Shown: positions 62,394-64,000 of the stretch, in pieces
Layout: each line of letters starts with the position of its first letter
How positions within the stretch are numbered: the first letter of the stretch is position 1
From: Catajapyx aquilonaris
Lineage: Eukaryota
Assembly (NCBI GenBank): GCA_000934665.2
Contig: KZ538515.1
Coordinates: 1-64,000 of the forward strand
Length of the DNA stretch: 64,000 nucleotides
Direction: 5' to 3'
The notes under the pieces: model-generated
What the model was told of the DNA's origin: nothing
What the model saw: the letters and a program-made list of their open reading frames with translations, nothing else
The model's database searches: none
Made by a program: the position numbers and the translations under genes

Positions 62394-63629
62394 TGTAGTG
62401 GGTCTAGCTCTTGAAAATAACGGTAATTTTTGGGGGTGTTTCGGAATGGGAAAAGTAGATCCAAGTGTCGTTGGCGTCGGCGCCATATACGCACAGATGA
62501 CTATTGATCGAGAGAGAGAGAGAGAGAGAGAGTTGCGTGCAGTGTTGCCATGCCTAAGAGCAACCCCCAGGAGTGGTGCCGAGAGGTCACGAGGCATACT
62601 TTTCCGCGAGCCAAAATAGCCTAGCTGACTAATTAGACTATCATATGGCCTATTTCTCATTACGTGTGTAGTAATTCCGCTCGTTTATTTCAAAGTGGAA
62701 ATGGGCATCATAGGAATTAAGCTGATTAGGTCCGTACCTTTTTTTTAAAAAAATGTCCAAATGAAAGCGACATATTTTGATGAGCGGAAATTAGGTGGAT
62801 TCGTCCACTAAAATGGATATATTTAAATATTTGACAAAAAAAATTTTGAGCCCGACTGTACCTCCAAATGTAGGTCAGATGGGGAAGTTGCACTGGCAAT
62901 ACCCAATGTTTTGGGTGCGAGGTCAAGTACGGAAAGAAAAGCCTCATTTTCCTCCCTCGCACGCGAAAACTTGGCGCCTTCTTCGAGCGCTGCCAACATA
63001 AACGGCATGATTGCCAACAGTTGTTTTTTTCGCGCATTTACAATACAGCACCCCCCCCCCCCCCCCCGTTCCACCTCTCCAACCCTGCAAACTTCCAACA
63101 TCCAATCCCAGTGATAAGTAGAGGCGGTCAAGGACTGTAAAGTAGGCCACGACGCATTAAAAAAAAAAAATCTACTCATAATCACAAAAAAATGCGATAT
63201 TCATGCATTTGCATTTTAAAAATCGAGAGTGGACCGTAAAGTGGAAAGTTATGTCAGCATTTCATATGCGAAGTGCAACTGATGAATGAAACCTCGCCTC
63301 AGGTTTGTACCCCCCACAAAACTAGGGTTGGAATTATCTTGGGTATATATAGGCCTGTATATAAAAAAAATGGGTAGGACCAGGATAGCTAATGCGTATT
63401 GATTTAGTTTTTTTTTCAGGTTCTGTCGACCTACTTTGCTGGTCCCTCCACACTTCATACATCAGTAATCATCTTTTCCGATTGTTCTCTGATAGATCCA
63501 TTGCGGTTATATTTATACCATATCATATATAGTCGATCACTGACATTTAAATAACCCATACATCCAAACCACCCACACGCACCTTTAAAAAAAAACTCTG
63601 CACAATATTCCACACACAAATTTATTTAA

Positions 63630-63632
<3 letters not shown>

Positions 63633-63718
<86 letters not shown>
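63633..63718. repeat. (AT)n microsatellite
   Basis: Direct reading of the sequence. Confidence 0.95.
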
Positions 63719-63722
<4 letters not shown>

Positions 63723-64000
63723 CAAGCCGTTTGTAACAATCCTGCTGTTGGCCCCTTGGAGGCAATGGGCATCCTCTCTTTTTGGGAGTTTCTATCTCCG
63801 CATCCTCCTCCTCCTCCCACCATCCCTCCCCTCTTCCCCTCTCCACCACCACCACCTCCTTCCAGCAGCAGAGGCAGCTGGATCTGGCCTAGCTATCGAT
63901 CTCCATTCCCAGGGCATTGCCCTCTCACAAGGGCGTAGCTATACTACGCTGGGACCTGGAATACGTACATACAAAAAAAAGAAGAGGGAGAGAGAGAGAG

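Overview
AT-rich animal genomic DNA, probably arthropod: the OGT C-terminus is arthropod-like and an exact miR-14 is present. The species cannot be determined. Bases 2196-3564 (+) hold the last two coding exons of O-GlcNAc transferase (OGT/sxc), followed by a 3' UTR. I recognise no other intact protein-coding gene in the remaining ~59 kb. The key non-coding feature is a mir-14 hairpin on the minus strand (mature 38784-38805, identical to the insect miR-14-3p sequence as I recall it). It lies among GC-rich, poly-G-containing regulatory-looking modules: a proximal CCAAT/GC-box promoter, and a distal E2F-site cluster with two ecdysone-receptor-type IR1 elements and a minus-strand splice donor. 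The rest is tRNA-derived SINEs (three families, two copies with clear TSDs), Tc1/mariner, hAT and piggyBac-type MITEs, two decayed transposase remnants, foldback repeats, three perfect palindromes and microsatellites. An inverted copy of the OGT penultimate-exon 3' splice-site region lies just past the OGT 3' UTR. It retains the empty TTAA site of a piggyBac MITE and creates a possible antisense exon. All alignments were done by eye, and edges of degenerate repeats are approximate.
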